A stretch of 58,624 nt of DNA, counting the filler, from Porpidia crustulata (Eukaryota): the NCBI GenBank assembly GCA_964255105.1. It is 8 parts of 8 records of this genome, joined end to end, with 100 filler letters (N's around TTAATTAATTAA, not from the genome) between each part and the next. Parts side by side here need not be neighbours in the genome. Positions count along the whole stretch, not along the records: positions 1 to 7,248 come from CAXUWE010001368.1; positions 7,349 to 14,592 come from CAXUWE010001369.1; 6 more parts are not named here. One strand, given 5' to 3'. A program made the translations under genes and the position numbers. Below, piece after piece: positions 1-12,154 of this stretch. The number at the start of each line of letters is the position of its first letter. The first letter of the stretch is position 1. The notes under the pieces are model-generated. The model had not been told where the DNA came from. It saw only the letters and a program-made list of their open reading frames with translations, and did not search any database.

Positions 1-426
1 GATAAGGGGAGGGTGCAGAGGAGCGATTTGGCTCAGCGAGAGGATATAGGGCATGAGAGCCGAGGGTTGCATTTAGGAAGGGGATTCCGAGGCGTTGCAT
101 ATACAGGACATGGTGAAGCCAATATAGCTCAGCCAGTTGAAGATCGCTTGATCAAGGGAGAAGAATCCATTCTAGGTTCTTGGATCCGTCATTCTTGCAG
201 CCGGAGCTATTGTACAACACCAATCTATGAGGAAAACCCTCGCAAAATGTAATCGCGCTCGATGCGTCCGCGCAAGGCAGTGCCCAGAACACAGCGCCGA
301 GCAGTGCCGCCATTTTGACGCTCCAATAACGCCAGTGATGCCTTGAATGATCCTCCTTTCTAATACACGCTAAACATGGACGGGGGTCATGGAAATCAAA
401 CTCGAACTGCTGGTCGAAGTGAGAAC

Positions 427-3400
427 TTATTCATGTAGATACGTGCACTCTTCCCCCTTTCTGCACTTTCCTTCTTGAAAGAATTTACACGGCAGTCGGG
501 GTACGCCATAGAACTGCATAGAACGACGAGGATTAGCTAGGTACGACTATAAGGGAAGACTGACTATATCTACCTTCTTTTTGTCCATAGCGCTCTTTGG
601 ACGTTTGGCGTCCTTGTAGCCATAGTCTCCATTCTGCTCATCATAGTCCATCACACGTTTGCGGTCGTTCTGGCTTTGATATGCATTTGGATAGCCATAG
701 CCTGGCATCTGAGGGGCGGGCGGTTTGCCAAATTGTGCCAAAATCGCCTGTAGGTCCACCCCTTGAGGTGGCGCAGGGGCCATCCCATACCCTGTTTGAG
801 CTGAATTACGTTGAGTCATTGCCGCCAGTGTTGCTTGGAGATCAAATCCGGATGTACTTGGTTGCAGCGGCTGCTGGGGTACTTGCATTTGAGGGACTTG
901 ATTATTGTTATTGGCAAATTGTGCGAAGATTGCTTCGAGTCCACCCGATTGTGGCTGCGACACTGGTTGTTGGTACGTTTGAGTTGGCTGAGCTTGCTGT
1001 TGGCCATTAATGATCTTTAGTAGCGCTGCAATATCAGGCACTGGAGGCGCTGTCTGCGCTGGTTGTTGCTGCACAACCATTGGCGGCGGATTAGTAGAAC
1101 GAAATTGATGGGCTTGCGCAGCGTAGAAATGAGCCTCTCGTTTCTAGAAAGACATTAGTATAACTTCGATTACTAAGACATAAGCATAAATCATACTTTT
1201 GTCTCTTCACCGGGCGTACCGAAAGTTTGCTCGATAACCGATTCACCAGAGTAGGGATCAGAAGGTTCTCTAGGAGATGGTGGAATATCAGAAGGCGAAG
1301 TGTAGATGACCATCAATGTGGTCAGCTCTCGCTGCTCTTGCACGTCATACTCGCGGCTCTTAACTTCGAGTTTACCACCGCGCGACACATAATTACGCTC
1401 AAGCTCTTCTAAAGCGACAACGGTAAAATCGATCACTAATGAAATATCAGTAAGGTAAAAACTAGCAGTGCCGCAGAATACTAACATGAGGGCGAAAACC
1501 AGGGTATCAGACTTTCTTCGGTAGGGGGACCGTCTTCGTCTTCGTCCATGAGTTCGAGCTCTTTATGCATCTTCAGCATTTGGCCTTCGCCCCTGCTATC
1601 ACCCACATCGCGGACTAGACTGTCCTCGTGTCCCATTTCTTCGTCAGGGTCATGGACAAATTCTCGTATCGATACCAGACTATCATCTGGTTTGAAGGAA
1701 ACCCGCAGTTTACGACGTTCTTCTTTACGGAGGCGTTTTCGTCTCTCTTCTTGAGTCTCTGGTACACGAGCCTCCTCAGATTTCGAGGGTGTTGCTTGTT
1801 TTGGTTTGCCCAAATTGGCCATCGTTTCGGCAAATATCAGGGAAGGTTTAGCCGCCGCCACGGAACCCTCCGCTACGACTGCTCTGCTTTCCAACAAATT
1901 TCTATCAGAATGTCAGAAATATAATATAAAATCTGTCATTCGATAATGGACATACGTTGGTTTTCCTTCTTTGGATTTCGTAGATTGGAGAGCAGCATTT
2001 GAAGTTCCTGGCTTTTTAGATGCCGATTGCAAACTGGAGAAGAATGCGGAAGGTTTTGCCACAACATGATTGGTTTTTATCTTGGGTACAGGGGTTGCAG
2101 AGACTATAGGTTTTGCAGCTAGCTTTGACTCTACCTTGACGGTTTGATGCTTGTCACTCGCAGCCCCAGCCAGCTTCGTCGAAACTTGTCCCAACTGTGA
2201 AGTGGAGGTTGCCTGTTTCTTCAGCGACTGTGTGTCCGAGACTTGATCTGATCGTGGTTTTTTCGATGAAGACGAAGCTTCTGAGGCTCGAGGGCCGGTC
2301 GCTGGTGGTCTAGTCATAGCGGTGCCTTTGAACGACGGGGGTTGCAGAGGTGTGCCATCTGCAGTCTTCTTCTTTGTAGCTGCTTCGGCGTTGTCCAAGA
2401 CTATTTGAGCCAAGCGCTTGCCTTGATCGTCCCCTCTCCTGACAACTCTAACAAGAACCTTGTCCAATTTCGTTTTCTCCAGCATCGCCTGGTCTACAGT
2501 TATGCATCGTGTCATGAGCTGGGAAACATTAGCGGATTGGCGATATACATTTGCGACTTCATTGCTTACCTCAAGCATACTTGCCATGAAAGATCCTGAG
2601 TATTCACTAAACTTGAAGCGATCCGAGATAAATTGGTAGAATATCAGGACAAAAGAAGGATTCTCCCCAAGTCTAATAATACGTCAGCACCGGTTCTACT
2701 AGTCACTTACGCAGATATTAGTTTAGAATTCCAGAAGATTAAAGCGGTTGGACGAGTATCAACCGCCCACGGAGAAGGATTGCACGATTGCTCGGAAGGC
2801 ATCAGAAAGAAGCATGCAGATTTCTCCGCTCGCTCGAATATCACTTGCCCTCGGTTGTGGTGGTTGCAACAGAAAAGAGTGAACGCCTTGTAAGGAGTAG
2901 TATCCTGAAGATAACTACTCGACAGCCATGCCTGTCTTAGCCTACTGTTTTATGGACCATTCTATATTGCAGCAAATTTGCAAGGCATTTCATTCGATAT
3001 GACTTCAGTATGAATCAACTTATACAGATATCCCAGCTTGTATCACAAGAACGAGGGCAAAAATCTGGACCGTAGTACTAAAAATGCTCACACGCTCTAG
3101 AGGACAGTGAAGGGGGATCTCAATGAGGAGTACGTACTTTTCAATAATGTCTCGGTGGCCGTGTTTCAATGTAAGCCGCAAACAAGATTCGAATAGCCGG
3201 CGCTGATTCAATGCCCGCCGCTCATGCTCGATTACTCTTGCCTGGTTCTTCTTCTCCTCTGCTTGACCTAGCGCTGTCGTCTCGAACTTCCATTGATCGC
3301 GTACGTTTTTAGCGATAGTCCAGTATTCTCCGAGAGCAGCACGGATCACTGCTCCCGATAGTGCTACATTACGCTTGGCCCATACGGCTTTTACAACATC

Positions 3401-4697
3401 ATATTCAATAGCCTTACCAGGGTCATTCGGACGATTTGCTGGCAGAGGTGATACTTCTTCTGACTCGATCTCTTCCTCGGACCCGGAGTCATAGTCAGAA
3501 TCATCTTCAGGTTCAGACTCACTTGGTGAATCGGCTGATGATTCACTATCAATAGTGGATCCACGGCGTTGACTTTGTGACGAGCCAAGATTGCTGGTAC
3601 TCAGTGGCCTCGAACCTGATAGTTTGAGCTTCTTTACCAATGGCTGACGGGCAGGATTCCACGGGCCGTTTCCTTTCTCTGTTGGTGTATCAGTCTTGAA
3701 GATATGGCATCTATTTTAGGACAGCATCTCACCTTGAATAAGCAAGCGTCTGATCTCATTCTTTGAAGACCTCTTAGTATATCTAGGGATAGTTGCTACG
3801 AAGTATTCAGTACGCATTATTCAAGCATGACAGCGATTCAGAAATATTACCTTTTGAGGTGGTCAACTCTATATTATTTGTTCCTACAAAGGTAAAGCCA
3901 ATTAGGTGCCTGGAGTTAGTGAGATTAGAAAATTCCTCCGGAGCCCTAGCTAAGAAGCTTCCACGTGGCTCTCCTCTTGGTATGGTAGCTAACATTGATA
4001 CCCATTCTTTGCGAGTGATAGACGCTGGAGGAAGACTTCCACGTGAGGAAACTCCTCGCAATGCTAAAGCAGGATCTAAATACGATTGCTGCGTCTGCTC
4101 GAGATTTAGTAACAGGTCAATTTCAAGATTAACACAATTGAAAAATGGACTCACGTGTCGTGTTTGTTGAGCATCTTGGGTGAAAGAGGTCGGATAGTGT
4201 TGGAGCGCCTGAGGAGAGACTGTTTGGGTCTGGTTCGATGATGCTTGAAATGGTTGAGAATGAGGCCTTGAATAGCCATACTGCAGATCCTCATTCAACG
4301 GCAAATGGCCATAAGCAAGTGAAGGTCCGTATGATGGTGGTGATAATGATTGACCGGGGTGTGACTGGAAGCCAGGGTAACTAAATGAAGCTGGGCTTCT
4401 TGAATAAGTCCGATCAAACGGTCGGGACTGTACACCTTGGCTCGAGCCAGGTAGCAAGTTGGAAGGCTGAATGGACGTTTGTTGCCACGCAGGGTTTCCT
4501 TGACCGAAAGTATTGATTGGTTCTTGCGTATTGGAGAAAGCCTCTGTATCCCACGGAGCGTTGAAAGCTGGCTCTTGATCGGGTGGGAGGAACGAATTGA
4601 AAGTATCATTCTGCGCGAAGTTGTAGCCATAATTTCCACTTATAGATGGGTTGTGCTGATTATGTTCATTATCATGATTCTGGTGTCTTGGATCCAT
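427..4697 (-). CDS. PNUTS/Ppn1-like nuclear protein phosphatase 1 regulatory subunit (TFIIS-N-like helical domain, RVxF motif, C-terminal CCCH zinc finger); multi-exon
   Basis: Minus-strand ORFs 3807-4697, 3020-3640, 1913-2587, 1481-1897, 1191-1487 and 547-1080 join through GT-AG introns (e.g. donor 4154; intron 3137-2673). Motifs: LEKTKLDKVLVRVVRRG (TFIIS-N-like) and KLRVSFKPDDSLVSIREF (RVxF plus downstream hydrophobic pair). The last exon reads FYGVPRLPCKFFQEGKCRKGEECTYLHE* (C-x7-C-x5-C-x3-H), with the stop at 427-429. Confidence 0.78.
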
Positions 4698-5575
4698 ATT
4701 ACTACGTTTTATTTTGTAGTAGGTTTAACCTCAAGCGTGCGTATAAGCGAAGTAGACTAACTTAGTCAGCCTAGCGTAAGCGGATTACCGAAGTAGAGTG
4801 GCGGCAATGTATCTACTTCGCACGGGAGAAGGCTTCAGTATTCGGAAATCGGGTAACCGGAAAGTCGGAAAATCGGAAACAATGATAAATTTGCAAGCTG
4901 GCCGAAGTCTGCAGTTTTGGTGCAAATCGCTGGCCGTACCTTTGTTAAGAGTGTTGGTATTATCGTGCTTGGATCCAAGCAGTCAAGCAACTCTGCGGTA
5001 GAACAGACCAGACAGATTCCCAGCCGGTCTCAATTGGTCCTTGGCAGCTTCAGATTTAAGAGATACCCCAGTGTGCCAATCAATTTGATACCATCCGCGG
5101 GGAACGATAGCTTGAATTCACCGATGAAATGCGTGTCCCCCCCACAGACACACAGCTCAGCTGTCCAACCACCACCACCACAATCGCGACCTTACCTCCG
5201 CCAGAAAACCCCCCAAAATACGTCCTTTCAATAACCCACGATGTATTTAATTAGAGTCAACGGTCATTCTCGTCGGTTCACGATGAGGTTATGCGGTTGA
5301 TGATTAGGTAGCATAGATGTTGAGAGAAGATGGAGGTTTGTAGAACTTTGCGCCCTCTCGAGTTTATATTACCACGCTATCGGGGTTAGCGAAATTTGAT
5401 ACCGGACCTTGTAACTTTCACTGCATCTGGACACGCGGACATGACAGCTAGGTTGAAGCTTCAACATTATCACAGCAGCTAGGCGTGAGGATATCTAGGA
5501 AGCTCCTTTCGATGACTGTTACTATGAGGAGTATGAATAAAACTCCGAGCTAAGATTTGGAGCTTTGCAAGAAAT

Positions 5576-7248
5576 ATGGTAGCTCATCAGCAATCACTTC
5601 GAGACCGGCAAGTAGGTAGGCCTTCCAAGTGCGAAGAATGTACAATGAATGAGACTAAGTACTACATTATAGCCTCCCTTGAAAGGATACTGAATCTCAA
5701 CCATGCGGCAGTCGAGACGTCTGCAATACACCATGAGCCCGCCGCTGCCAATGGGCTTATCCCCCAAGCAACCCCGATTCTGAACTCAGATGGAGATCCG
5801 ATATGGAAGGTCCTGGTCTTCGATAACTTGGGTCGAGATGTAATCAGCAGCGTGTTGCGGGTTAACGACCTACGCGGGTGGGGTGTCACAATACACCTGT
5901 ATGTTCTCCTACGGCTGAAGTAGCAATCTATGGGTTTAGAGATCATATTGAAGCTGATTCGAATCCAAAGGAATATCAATTCTTCCCGTCATCCGATTCC
6001 AGACGTTCCCGTACTTTATTTAGTTGAGCCTACAGTTACAAACCTAAATCTAATTAATCAGGACCTAACGCGAAATTTATACGCGGATGCCTACATAAAT
6101 TTCTTATCGTCGATACCCCGTCAATCAATGGAAGATTTTGCAGGGCAGATAGCTGAGGCAGGGACCGCCGAGAAAATTGCGCAAGTCTACGATCAATACC
6201 TGAATTTCATCGTCGGCGAACCAGACCTTTTCAGTCTGGCAATGGGAAAGGAGATCTATTGGGCTCTTAACAGCGCGCAAACAAAGGATGAGGAGATAGA
6301 TGCGGTAGTCGACAGAACAGTCAGTGGGCTCTTCAGTGTAGTCGTGACCATGGGTGAGTATACGGTCTACCAATGAAAGGGTCATTCTGACGACGCCGAT
6401 AGGCTCAATACCGATTATTCGCTGTCCGCAAGGTGCAGCTGCAGAAGTAATAGCAGCGAAGCTTGATCGTAAGCTGCGAGACCATATACTCAATTCCAAG
6501 GATAACCTCTTCTCAAGCCATGGTCAACGCCAGGCAGCAGGGTCAGGAACGCCCTCTTCAAGGCCTGTGCTTGTCATTGTGGACCGCAACGTCGATCTTA
6601 TTCCTATGCTATCTCACTCATGGACATATCAATCTCTTGTTCATGATGTCTTGAAAATGCATCTGAATCGGATAACAGTCGAAACACCAATTGATGAGAG
6701 CAATCCAGCTAAAGGAAGCACGAAAAGATCCTACGACCTCAATTCGACCGATTTTTTCTGGTCTCGGAATGCTGGCCAATCATTCCCTCAAGTTGCGGAA
6801 GATATTGACGCTGAGCTCAAGAAATATAAAGAAGATGCTGCCGAAATTACGAAAAAAACTGGTGCTTCCTCAATTGAGGACTTGCAGAACGACTCAAGCT
6901 CATCGGCATCACATCTCAAAGCCGCCATTACACTTTTACCGGAATTGCGGGAGCGGAAAGCCACACTAGACATGCACATGAACATTGCTACTGCTCTGTT
7001 GAAAGGCATCAAGGACCGCCAATTGGACAACTTCTTTGAGATTGAAGAGAACATAACAAAACAGACCAAAGCACAAATCTTTGAACTCCTGAACGACCCT
7101 GAAAAAGGCAAAGAGCCCCTCGACAAACTTCGCCTCTTCATAATCTGGTACCTAAGCACCGAATCCGACATCTCCCGCGCAGAAATGGACCGCTTTGAAG
7201 ACGCCCTCACGAAATCCAGCTCCGATACCACTGCCCTCGCCTACATCA
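5576..7248 (+). CDS. SLY1: Sec1/Munc18 family vesicle trafficking protein Sly1 (3' end truncated by contig end)
   Basis: WKVLVFDNLGRDVISSVLRVNDLR-GVTIHL, RHPIPDVPVLYLVEPT, RPVLVIVDRNVDLIPMLSHSWTYQSL, LDMHMNIATALL. Intron 1 is 5616-5672, with further introns near 5900-5970 and 6355-6400. Confidence 0.95.
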
Positions 7249-7348
7249 NNNNNNNNNNNNNNNNNNNNNNNNNNNNNNNNNNNNNNNNNNNNTTAATTAA
7301 TTAANNNNNNNNNNNNNNNNNNNNNNNNNNNNNNNNNNNNNNNNNNNN
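7249..7348. other. Artificial contig linker (44 N + TTAATTAATTAA + 44 N)
   Basis: Identical 100-bp spacer with stop codons in all six frames. Confidence 0.99.
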
Positions 7349-7373
7349 ACCCGCCCTCAATCCTCCCATCCCG

Positions 7374-8158
7374 TCAGACGAATCCCATGACTATCCGAGA
7401 CTTGATGAATTGCCGCTGCTTGTCCGTTTCTCGAACTTCTTCATAATATCCCAGAACTCGCCGTAAGCCTTTCCTAGAGGACTGTCATGATGTTCTGTTC
7501 CTTGGGAGGTTGTAGCCAAGCACCTTGTGCTTTTGCTACAAAGTTGATGCTGAAAGCCAGCGCTAGTTCTGTTGGCATTGCTTCCCTTTCAACCATCATT
7601 GTCGCGTGAGCATTCAGGACAGCAAATAGACCTCCGTCGTTGATCATGGACTCTAAGGTTCTGGTCAGCTTCTAGGAGAATGCACATTGAGAACAATACA
7701 TACGAGCGTCGGAGACCTGCTAGACACTTAACCCGTATAATTCGCGAAAGGTATTCTCATCTGTACGTCGATCTCGTGTATAGAGGAAAGCGTCTGTGAG
7801 GACGTCGCATTCATGAGCGAAGGGTATTGTACGTCTGAATCGCTTTGGATCCTCTTATGCTTGACTTGACGTCTCTTTCGTAGAAGTCTATGAATCGACG
7901 ACGTGTTCCTAAATATCCTTCAGATGCCTGTCGTACCGCTTCGTTCTGGAGTCTTAGCTCCTGGATCTCTCGACGATGCTCTTCATCCTGTTGGTGATGC
8001 TTTTCGTGCTCCTGGCGATGTGCGATCAAGGTGTTTTCTCTGTTTCGGTCTCTAGCTAACAGAATTGCCATGTCGTGCCTCATTTGTTCAATCTCCGCCA
8101 GAAGTCCGCGTCCTCTATCATTGCCATACATCAAATGATTTCCAATCTCCTGACTCAC
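7374..8158 (-). pseudogene. Disrupted fungal hypothetical coiled-coil protein gene
   Basis: ORF 7811-8158 continues after a frameshift near 7820 as AHECDVLTDAFLYTRDRRTDENTFRELYGLSV*Q, with an in-frame TAG at 7720-7722. A GTATGT intron follows, then GLFAVLNAHAT...SPLGKAYGEFWDI. Confidence 0.55.
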
Positions 8159-9843
8159 GACGTATTAGAATGCGGGAGATCTTGAATGGGATTAGAGAAA
8201 GAGAACCTGATCGAACGGTGTTTGAGGCGGGCTACTCGGGATATCCATAGTTGCAGTCTAGTATTTAAACTGGACCAAAGGAGTATAATATCAGCTGAAT
8301 CTGTAGTTCCGGATGTCGTATTTGCGGAGTATGCGGATGGGAAACATGGCTCTTACCGTATTTTGCGATGAATCAGTCATAGGGAAGGTACCCACGTGGG
8401 AAGCAGAAAATCCACATCGCGAAATTCGATCCTCAACCAATTTTCATCTGTGTATGTAGAACATATCATCTGAACGCTATAAAGTCAAATGACGGTCAAC
8501 GTAAAAATTGAGATCGAACAACACACTGCGAGACTACGTAGATTCATCGAAAATCTTCTCATAACAATCATTAAATCTGATTTATGATGATCGGGATCGA
8601 AATTTGCAGTATGGATTTTTCTGCTCCCCGCGTGGTACCGTGGTTGAGATACAAACCCGGAAGGAGGTGGATTTCGAATTTAAGCCGTCTTTACCCCCCC
8701 ACTCCCTCCTATTGTCCCTATCGTTCTCGTCTCGACATTGCGTGAGAACGGCAGAGTCTTATGGCTGCGGAATTTCACGCAGCATGCATAATGCGGGCGA
8801 GCCAACGTACCGGAGCCACTCGTCGCAGTGTGATAGTGAAGCGTCGAAATTTGAGTTGAACAATCACTGCGTATCACTTAGCTAAGCACATTGTCACGTC
8901 ATGTGGTGTGACAGCTGAATCGGACTCTAGACCCGCCTAGGTTTTACAACAAAATAAAATAACCTCATAATTCGGCCTCGAAAATATACAATCACTGTTG
9001 CCATTGTTCGGATGACTGGTAGGAAAATTGTCTACCGACGACACGCCTCAGAAGATACTTGGAGCAAGAATTGAATGCGCTCATATATTGTTCTGACCGA
9101 CATGGATTCCAGGGTTGCCTAACAGTTCACTATTAAAGTAATGATGTATGAAATATCCGAACCAGAAAAGAAATTGGACCTTTCACGGCGTGCACTGACG
9201 AGAATGGGAAAGTATGACGCGGCACGAGGCAAAATGGCGTGTAGGTAGAGCCGTTGCAGGCCATCGGTCTTGAATCGCATAGAAGGCTACTGGACACCAA
9301 GGAGAAGCTCCAAGCCTAGGACTGAAGGCAATTGTGGTTGACCAACGGCCTGTTAGGGGTTCTGGGAACATACCCTATGCAGCAGACTTTTAGTCGCCGT
9401 TCTCGGTCTTATGCAAAGAATTCCTCCTGTTCTAACTCCACACATGCAGGGCTCTGCGATTTGGGATCCAAAGCATGAAGGTGGGATACATGCATTAACC
9501 AAGCACCAAATAAGCCGAATTCTGCCCACATTGGTTGCATCGCACCAAATTGGAAGACCGGAAAGTTGGCAGGGAAGTCACCTGGCAGGTGGCTGCGGCA
9601 TTTCATGCAGCATGCATACTATGGGCATACCGGAGCTACTGGAAGCAGTGTGATAGTGGAGCTTTCGCAGTCTGCCCGGCGTCGCTCTTTGCCAAAACCT
9701 GGTGAGTCGAACAATCAATTCGTCTTATTTACCTAAGCACACCGTTACACCATGCGGTATATAACAACTAAACTGAATTCGAGGCCCACCTTGATGTTTT
9801 AACGGAGCAAGCCGACCTCACGATTCAGCCGGCATTAATCGAC

Positions 9844-10791
9844 ATGGCCAACGCTTCAGCAGCTACCCAGAACGAGAACCACCAAACTAAAGAGAAAAGC
9901 AGAATGGATGCCAGCTATCCGCAACCTCTGATCATTCCGCCTTCCGCTCGGCATACTCATACATTCATACTGCTTCACGGCTGTGGCAGTAATGCCGAGG
10001 AGTTTGGTGTCCAATTCATCACGTCTCGAACGTCCTCGGGCAAGATGCTTCCCCAGCTTTTCCCAGGTATGAAGTTTATTTTTCCAACCGCAAAGAGACG
10101 CAGGGCCACAGCTCATAACAGAGCCATAATCAATCAATGGTTCGACATTTATTCTCTTAATAATCCATCGGAGCGCCAGGAGTTGCAAGTCGAAGGTCTG
10201 CGAGAGAGTGGGGCTTTCATAAGCCAATTTATTCTCGAAGAGGCCAAGGCAGTAACACTGGAGAATGTCATAATCGGCGGGTTAAGTCAAGGCTGCGCGA
10301 TGGGGCTGCATGTGCTGTTGAGTCTCGAAACCGATGTGGTTGAGGACGGTGCACTGGGTGGATTTGTAGGAATGAGTGGTTGGCTGCCTTTTCGGATAGA
10401 CCTGGAAGGGATCGTTGAACCATCATGCGAGAATCCCAGCGATGACGATCCATTCGAGCGCAATGACGGCGACAGCAGGGAAAACGATCAAAGCGTGGGA
10501 GTTCGAGTCATGAATTTGGTTCGAGATAATACGGATCTTCCTCCACTAACCACCGACCTACCATCATGCCTGCAAACGCCCATATTCCTAGGACATGGTG
10601 AAGCCGATGATAAGGTTTCTGTCAAGCTTGGTCAGGAAGCTGCATCGACTTTAATAAAGATGGGCATGGATATCGCTTGGAAAGGATACAAGGATTTTGG
10701 GCATTGGTACAAGCTTCCCGACGAGCTCGACGATATTGTTGACTTTTTGCATTTTAAAGTCGGGATAGATCGACTGGGCAAGCTAATTTGA
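9844..10791 (+). CDS. Phospholipase/carboxylesterase (acyl-protein thioesterase-like alpha/beta hydrolase)
   Basis: Intronless 315-aa ORF with HTHTFILLHG-GS, the nucleophile motif GGLSQG, GFVGMSGWLP, GHGEADDKV and GHW. Confidence 0.9.
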   Translation: MANASAATQNENHQTKEKSRMDASYPQPLIIPPSARHTHTFILLHGCGSNAEEFGVQFITSRTSSGKMLPQLFPGMKFIFPTAKRRRATAHNRAIINQWFDIYSLNNPSERQELQVEGLRESGAFISQFILEEAKAVTLENVIIGGLSQGCAMGLHVLLSLETDVVEDGALGGFVGMSGWLPFRIDLEGIVEPSCENPSDDDPFERNDGDSRENDQSVGVRVMNLVRDNTDLPPLTTDLPSCLQTPIFLGHGEADDKVSVKLGQEAASTLIKMGMDIAWKGYKDFGHWYKLPDELDDIVDFLHFKVGIDRLGKLI

Positions 10792-11049
10792 GATGAGATG
10801 CAATGCAGACTTCAAGAGCTGGATGATCATCCCCAACGATGGTGGAAGACTGCGTGTAAAAAAGTGCAGGAGGGATTCTCGAGCGTACAATAGTAGTGAG
10901 AAGTCATCGGATAGATAATTCTTTACTCATGAAATCTACAGACGTAGGCTTACGTAAGCGATACTGTGACCAAATTTCGTATTCACACCCACAAACTCGA
11001 CCTCTGAACTTTCTTTTGGTCGTTTAGCTGTGGTGCTAATGCAGCAAAT

Positions 11050-12154
11050 ATGGCACCTGAGAGCAGAGGACGCTCTGGGACATCTTTGCAGATAGCTGCT
11101 TCTCGCGGTCTAGTGAACTCGGAAGATTTGCACTCTGCATCCGCAACCTACTCTGAAGAGAGAACGCCCAGAGCTGTCAATGGAATCAATCATAATCTAC
11201 TAAGCTCTGTCAATGGCGCCTTGGATGAAGAGATGGATGGCGTAGAGCAGGAGGGAGAGGAAGAGGAGGAGGGAGAGGAAGAGGAGGAGGGAGAGGAAGA
11301 GGAGGAGGAAGATGACGCCGACTTTCAATCGCATTATTCTCTTGAAGCTCCGTCATCGTCAGGTTCCTCCGACTCCGACTTGGATAGCATTAATGGAACA
11401 CAAGGCCGAAGACCTTTTCTCCATCACTCAAACTCCTCTTTCCTCATCGCCAATGCGTTTGCTCCTCCATTTTACAACCGACCGCCCACACCTCTCCCGC
11501 CGTCCCCGTCTCTGACGTCCTTACTGCGACCGTCGTTCTCTACAACTACCTCTAGACCTACAACGCCAGACAGCTCAGAGAACGACACACCGAATGACAC
11601 CGAGGCGGCTGTTGCCAAGTCTGCCCGCACTGCTACAACCGTGCCTCGTGCTAGTCCAAAGGTCCCTACGTATGAGTACTATGGCTTTGTTTTGTACCTA
11701 TTGTCTTCACTCGTATTCTGTCAGTATTGAATGTTTTGAGTAAAAACAGGTCTTCGCTGATTTGTTAGTGATTTATCTACTCTGGTCGTACCTTCCATCA
11801 CCCTTTCTGCATCAGCTAGGTATACACTACTATCCAAATCGCTGGTGGTCGCTTGCAATCCCTTCATTCCTGGTAATGACCCTCGTATATATCTATGTCG
11901 CCCTCGCGTCTTACAATACCGAGTACTTGACACTGCCAATGAGCAGCATCGAGAACATTGTTGATGAAGCCGCAAATATTGCTATACTAGATAGCACGGG
12001 AACAATCAACAACAAGGCCAGCCACGATGCTGGGATTGCTGAAATCCGAGATGCGAAGGATCCCGAATGGAAAAGCTTGTGGAACGAGGGAACGGACGCT
12101 GTGATGGATGTGCCAGTTGGTGGAGTTTGTGAGATACTGTATGGTGATGGTTGA
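11050..12154 (+). CDS. GPI19: PIG-P/Gpi19 subunit of GPI-GlcNAc transferase with long acidic/Ser-Pro N-terminal extension
   Basis: PTYEYYGFVLYL...YLLWSYLPSPFLHQLGIHYYPNRWWSLAIP...TDAVMDVP. The phase-1 intron 11720-11768 joins the two ORFs in frame. Confidence 0.88.
11251..11310 (+). repeat. Coding 18-bp tandem repeat (GAGGGAGAGGAAGAGGAG x3) encoding EGEEEE
   Basis: Directly visible in the sequence. Confidence 0.9.
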
